From positions 38,874,001 through 38,938,000 of the forward strand of contig OX597820.1 of NCBI GenBank assembly GCA_951406725.2: 64,000 bases of DNA, read 5' to 3'. A program made the translations under genes and the position numbers. The DNA is from Octopus vulgaris (Eukaryota). Within the stretch, counting starts at the first letter, position 1. Each line of letters opens with the position of its first letter. Under the pieces are notes generated by a model, which saw only the letters and a program-made list of their open reading frames with translations, made no database searches and was not told the origin of the DNA. Below are positions 56,365-64,000 of this stretch, one piece after another.

Positions 56365-59300
56365 GATCAATATAATATATATTAGCAATGCACACCATTC
56401 GATTAAATTTACAATACAAATGCTGTTATTAACTTTACTATAGAAACGTTGTCATCAACCTACTCGCATAAAAAAGCAAGCACTTGTATAGAGAATGGTA
56501 TCAAATGAACCATTACAAGTATATATTCCTTTATATTTTCATATACTTAATTTTCTCTTTAGTTTCCTGTTATATATATTCGATACATTTGCATGCCTTA
56601 CGGCAACTCTAACGTTTCTTTATGTAGAGATTGCTACTATAATATTTTGAGACGATATAGAGTAAAGCAATGCAGTAATATTCAAGACTGAGACAGGATC
56701 AGAGGGAGTAACAGATTTTAACTGTTTTTATTCAGAGTTATGTCCTTTCAAATAAAGTAAATATTTATTGCCGATATTTCAACAGAATTCCTGATGGAAT
56801 GAGAAAAGAGGTAAAACTAACAGTATAGAACTATAGGAATAATGTGTGATATATAGACATAAATTAACGGTTGAAAAATGAATGAAAGTCACAACATTGC
56901 AAACAAACTCTTGTAGAAATTGATTCAATTCACTACATGGCCCAAACAATAGACTACAATTGTACAATATCTGAAATCTATCACCTTTCAGTTAACCATC
57001 AATTTCTCGTAACACCTTTCCATGTATTTTATGAAACCATTTAAATCTATGATTGTCGTTTGACGTGAAAACCTCGTATCAACTAATTCCCTTACAGAAA
57101 ATATAAGGCCGCTGATCTTACTATGATCAATAAATTCTAAGGACAGCGAATTCATTCTCAGTAGGTTAGAAGCCTTTTTTAATCAAATAATATAAGAAAA
57201 AAAAAAGATTAAAAAATGACACGAACATTGTTTCCTTTCATTAGACAGAAGGGAAGATATTATTTACTGAGAAACGTGATCGAGTTTACCTTACGGCTGA
57301 TCGGAACACATGCATAAATGTATAATACACGAAGACACACACACACACACAGAGTCAAACATACTCATTATGTTTTTATATGTGTGTCTGAGTGTTTAAG
57401 TGCTTTAAATACATACAGAGGTCCAATATTGATCTGATTAAGGTTTCACTACTTGTATTGAGTTTAAAATTCATTATAAAACAATATGGAAGTGAAAACA
57501 ATACTAGCTTTTCGAGTTGGAGTTGGAGGTAGATCACGTTGGTTGGTTTTCAAATATCCTTGCATGTTGACACCTCAATTCATATCACGACCAAGACTCA
57601 TAGATGAAAGCTGTACTGACATCCACATAATTGCGTTTCTTTTAGATGTGTTAAATTGTTACCAAAACAAAACGATGTTTTGACAACATTCTGTAAGTTT
57701 ATTTTCCTTTTAACATGAATATTGCTTTAGACATCAAAGTTACGTCGTTTATGTAAGCATACATTTAACAAAGAAGAAAACAAATTGAGTTGCATCACGT
57801 AGAATATGATTTTAAAAGCTTTCAAGTTACATTATGAAATGACATTTCTTTTTATTTTGTAATATATTTCTTTATGCTCACCGTTTTATAGTATTCTAGC
57901 AATGTATATAAAAGCAAAATGTTAAAATATTTGCCTGTAAAAATGCAATATATTTTTCGAGGCTCCCTCAAATGACCACACATTTCCCCTATCCATTTTT
58001 ATAGTTTCTCTTATATTGCTTCTGAAACTCTCCCAGATATTTCACAAAATTGAGAAATGATTTATCTAGAAAAGGTGAATTAACAACCATACCACATACA
58101 CACGCGCATGCATTCAAGCATATACTTACCTACTCTGTTCCATAGAAATGTATCCTCACACAAACAAATAGGCACACTCACATGCAATCACGGTAAATGA
58201 TATATGCATCTATTTGTATAAATATATGCATGCAGTAATTTAACTAAAGTGGAACAGCAGTAATCTAAGGAGCCTCTATTCTGTATCAGGTTAACATTCT
58301 AATTATTTCCTGTTGAAAAATTACAGCGTAAATAACTTTCAGTTTCAATCGCTCACACAATCTACTCATTTTTGAAATATTTCCTTGCTGCTGTTCACAC
58401 CATTAGCAACGCATACCGAATAAGGCAGAATTTCATCAAAGAATAATTTCATTCTCTGTATGAACGTCTCCATGCAAAAGGTGATAATTAGCATAAGAGA
58501 TAAGGTGCTAAACCTAAATGCCGAATAATATTCAGTTTCGTCTCTTTCTCATTTAAATAAAAATTACATTAACGTCAAAATTAAGCTTTTATTTAATCTC
58601 ATTAAGGTTCTCCAAAAAAAACAGGTCCAGTAAGATATTAAATACAATCAATCTAGTAAAATAGTTTTGAATTATTCCCAATAACAAAATAGATTGGTAG
58701 AGTTTTTTAAAAAATGGATTGCATCTCAATCGTTCAGTGTAAGTGTAGCGAGATAACATTAACGTACACTGTTGAAAGAAGATGCATCGATGAGATTCAC
58801 ATTTTTTGTGTATTCGACGGAAGATACCTCTTAGCGAGGTAGTGTGTTTAAAAACACAATGCAAATGGGAAGGAGACAAAACATGTCAAAGCATCGGCTA
58901 AACCTTTTTTGCGATGGCATCTACTCACTGCATGTCAGTATGAGGTGTAATTTCCGGACGAATGTTGCAGGAAGGTTATAAAATTCATACAACTCTTTTT
59001 CGTTATACTATTTTTCATGGAAATTTTGAAAGCTATTTTTCGAATTCTATAAATTTCCTGTATATGGGTTTTCCTTTAAAAAGAAAATGTTTTAATGCTA
59101 TTTTTTAATATCATACAAATATACTTTTGTAAAAAACCTTTTTAACTATAGATAGCCAGTCATTTTAATTTAGTACGATTTCTGTTGCGCTGAACGGATC
59201 TGTACGCGCCATTGATTAAACTGAACGAGACTAAAGTGCATGTGGGTTCTTCGCTTCGATAAATCCTTCTGTGGAATTTTCCGTATTTCTCCAATACAAA

Positions 59301-59665
59301 GGGTACTTTCAAAAACAGTACATCTATAAGATGTTATCTCTGACCGACTAAACCACAGCAAATAAGCCTTTCAAAGATATATTTACAATATATAAAGGAA
59401 TATATATGTGTGTGCTTCTGGGTGTGTGTCTGGGTGTATGTGTATAAGTGTAAGAGGATTAAGGCGTTAGAGGCGAGAATGAACAGGGAAACAGATGAGA
59501 AGCTGCCTCGAAGCGTGGGTGTCAAGGGATATAACGGTAACCTCTGTGTGTGTGCGTGAGCAAACTCGTGCCTGTGTATGAAACTAACTTGTAAACACAC
59601 TCACATATGTATAGGCATGCAAACTTGCATAATCTCTCTTTTCTCTCTCTCTCCACACACACACG

Positions 59666-59736
<71 letters not shown>

Positions 59737-59805
59737 TAGAGGACAAGGAGCAGCAAAATTTAAGGCATGGCGAGTATAATAATTTAGAGTAAGTTGAATT
59801 TGAAA

Positions 59806-59868
59806 TCTTACAGCTGTTTCTGGGTTATCCGAAGCGATAGGCTAGCATGGGTATTCCGTCATCAGAGA
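59806..59868 (-). ncRNA. Type I hammerhead-like motif with extended stem II
   Basis: Minus: tct-CTGATGA-cgg...ccca-GAAAC-AGCT-GTA-aga; palindromic stem III ACAGCTGT. Confidence 0.6.
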
Positions 59869-60079
59869 CAAGGTGAGTATTATGAAAGTTCTAGAAATTC
59901 GCAGTTTATAAGGAATAAAATAGAAGAATAAAGAGTAAAAATAGATAGAAGAATAGCGACAGGAAAATGGAGTACACAGTTCATCGTTTTCCTGCTAATC
60001 AATATCGATGATGAACATGATAAAAATGATGAAAATTATGATGAAAATCTCGATGAAAATGATGATGAAAATTAATCAA

Positions 60080-61331
<1,252 letters not shown>

Positions 61332-61758
61332 TACACACACACATATGGAGTATCATCGTATAGGAAGCTAGTGAACTTCAAACATGTACACAACCTGTAT
61401 AGAAGACAAGAAAATGGACAATGCTCGATAAATTGTTTAATACCTGCCGTATGTTATACACTTCCTCCCATATTGAACTCTATGGAAATTTAGATAAGCT
61501 GCTGGTATCTATACAACTCACGGTTCAAGAAAATAAAGGGTTAAGTATGCAAATATAAATCCAAGAATGTAAAGAAAAGAAAAGGTGAATAAAAACTACA
61601 TATGTTTCATAGCTAAAACAATGTTTGTTGTACAACATGTACCATGCACAAAACCTATTTAGCTAACCATCATGTCCGATTAGATTTGAGTTGTTAATAT
61701 TTGTTTGTTTTCATTCCATACATTCTTGGATTACAAACACATGTGCCCACAGATACAG

Positions 61759-61791
<33 letters not shown>

Positions 61792-61794
61792 GGT

Positions 61795-62330
61795 ATATAG
61801 GTAGATAGTTAAACAGAATAATAGACAAATAGCTAGATAGATAGCTAGACAGAATAATAGACAGATAGCTAGATAGATAGCTAGAGAGAATAATAGACAA
61901 ATAGCTAGATAGATAGCTAGACAGAATAATAGATAGATAGCTAGATAGATAGCTAGATAGATCGCTAGATAGATAGCTAGACAGAATAATAGACAGACAG
62001 ACAGCTAGCCAGCTAGCCAGACAGACAGCTAGCTAGCTAGCCAGCCAGCCAGCCAGACAGACAGCTAGCTATCTAGCAAGACAGACAGCTAGCTAGCCAG
62101 ACAGCTAGCTAGCCAGACAGCTAGCCAGACAGCTAGCCAGACAGACTGCCAGACAGCTAACCAGACAGCTAGCCAGACAGACTGCCAGACAGCTAGCCAG
62201 ACAGCTAGCCAGACATACAGCCAGCCAGACAGCTAGCCAGACAGACAAATAGACAGCTACCCAGACAGACAGCTAGACAGCCAGCCAGCCAGACAGACAG
62301 CCAGACAGACAGACAGTCAGACAGACACAT
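61795..62330. repeat. Complex tetranucleotide tract (GATA/GCTA/GACA/GCCA) with ~40-bp higher-order units
   Basis: Direct reading; agaataatagac.atagctagatagatagctag recurs. Confidence 0.9.
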
Positions 62331-62919
62331 GGTTTCCATCTTGAAAATAATCATTCTATTCTATGAATTGATTCGAAACTTAAAATCAACATAGGCAGTT
62401 GAGTAATAATCATGCACATACATACTTAACACAATCCATACACATTATTCTGTCGATACAATGTATGAGGGATGGTCATTTGATTTACTGATGCAATCTA
62501 GTGAGAAAGAGAAAAAAGTGAAATCAGTAAAAATAATCTCTCCCAGTATTAAGTATATTAATTAGTTTATGTATAGAGATTGAAAGTTTTAAATACAAAC
62601 CTAGCTTTACCCGAATTTGAACCGAAACAAATATAACAAAGTATTCTCGGCAATGCTATAGGTGTTTTATGTAGAACAACCGTTAAGCTAAATAAAGAAA
62701 GCTATAGAATGTATGGATTATATAAAAATCCTTGTTACTGAGAACGTGTTGGCTACTCAACAAGAGTAGATTTAATTATTTATTTACAAAATTGGAATAA
62801 TATTTTGTTCAAAATTGGTTTCTGAAACTGTAGTTTCCAAACAGAGATTGGTCAAAAATTTATGGAAGTGGTGACATGAATTTGAATATAATGGTTATTT
62901 GTTTTACTTGCTTCATGGG

Positions 62920-63165
62920 ACTGCGGCCTTCCCATATTAGTGATCCCAGAGACGTATTCATGCTTAGAGCCGACTAGATCTACCAATGCTTACCATCGCT
63001 GGCGGTGGTCCTGTACCAACTCCACTGCATACTCCTGGGTGCCGTCGAATCTCTGGAGATCTTCCTTAATCACGTCCAGCCATCTGGTGTGGGGCCTGCC
63101 ACGAGGCTTGTTCCAGCCCACAGCTACTGCGACGAGTGCGAGTAACAATGATCTTCCGGGGGAAT
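62920..63165 (-). mobile_element. RTE-clade LINE 3' fragment
   Basis: Minus translation GWNKPRGRPHTRWLDVIKEDL...ELVQDHRQRW matches the RTE C-terminal RxxGRPxxRW / AxDRxxW motif. Confidence 0.7.
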
Positions 63166-64000
63166 GAAGTTCGTAACAGCGCTTGCGATGGGTGGCTATG
63201 AAGTGGGAGGCTAGGAACGTGATGGTGTCATCTGATGTTGACGGTATTTGGAGTATAATAAACCAGAAATACTAGCAATCTCATGAAAATAACTAGAATA
63301 TCAGTGTATTCAATATAAGGAATCGGCGAAGGAGGGGAAACGAACACGTTTAATGCAAAATATGAGTTAGTACAAGGAGCTGTCTGTTGGTGTGTGTATG
63401 TGTGCGTGAGGCAGAGCGAAAGTGCGACAAAGATGCGGAGTAAAGAATGATAACTATAGGGAGTATTTATTATGAGGTTATCCTAATGGTTGAACGATAC
63501 ATAGACACGCAATACCTAATATATGAAATATTTCGAACCGTTCGTTTTTCGTAAGCCAATGGTAGAATTATGTAAAGGTAATAAAAGCGGGGTTGAGGCA
63601 AGTAATGCGAAACTGGTTGAGCTAAATGTGAAAGGAAAAAATATTTGTATCACAAAAATGTTTTGCAGAAGAAAGTATGTAGGATTGTAATAAATGGAAA
63701 ATATTTCTTACAAAAATATATTTGTATGATATTAAAAAATAGCATTAAAATTTTTTCTTCTTAAAGGAAAACCCATATACAGGAAATTTATAGAATTCGA
63801 AAAATAGCTTTCAAAATTTCCATGAAAAATAGTATAACGAAAAAGAGTTGTATGAATTTTATAACCCTCCCGAAAGACTTAATTAGATTTAGATGATACA
63901 AAAAACTCAAGCCAAGGAGAAATATATGTTAGATTCATTTAAAACAGACAATATGATATGTGAAAAATTCAAAACGTGTCCAATTTTTACGAAAGTTATG

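Overview
AT-rich eukaryotic (animal) non-genic or intronic DNA, packed with microsatellites (TA, TATG, TATC, TAA, CA) and transposon remnants. The SINE and LINE repertoire resembles an Octopus (coleoid cephalopod) genome; this is inference from recognising the repeats. I find no supportable host protein-coding gene, and nearly all long ORFs in the track are microsatellite translations. Real coding remnants are: a near-intact Penelope-like element (RT + GIY-YIG, minus strand, 44291-47190), a second GIY-YIG fragment, several RLE-type (R4/Dong-like) LINE pieces sitting in TAA or TACA microsatellites, a Chapaev3-like transposase, two Tc1/mariner remnants and an RTE 3' end. The most striking signal is about a dozen minimal type I hammerhead-ribozyme (HHR) motifs from several unrelated families, repeatedly placed in inverted terminal copies. 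These include a U3-A8 covariant core and a ~5.5 kb non-coding palindrome capped by HHRs at both ends. All motifs were read by eye and none is tested.
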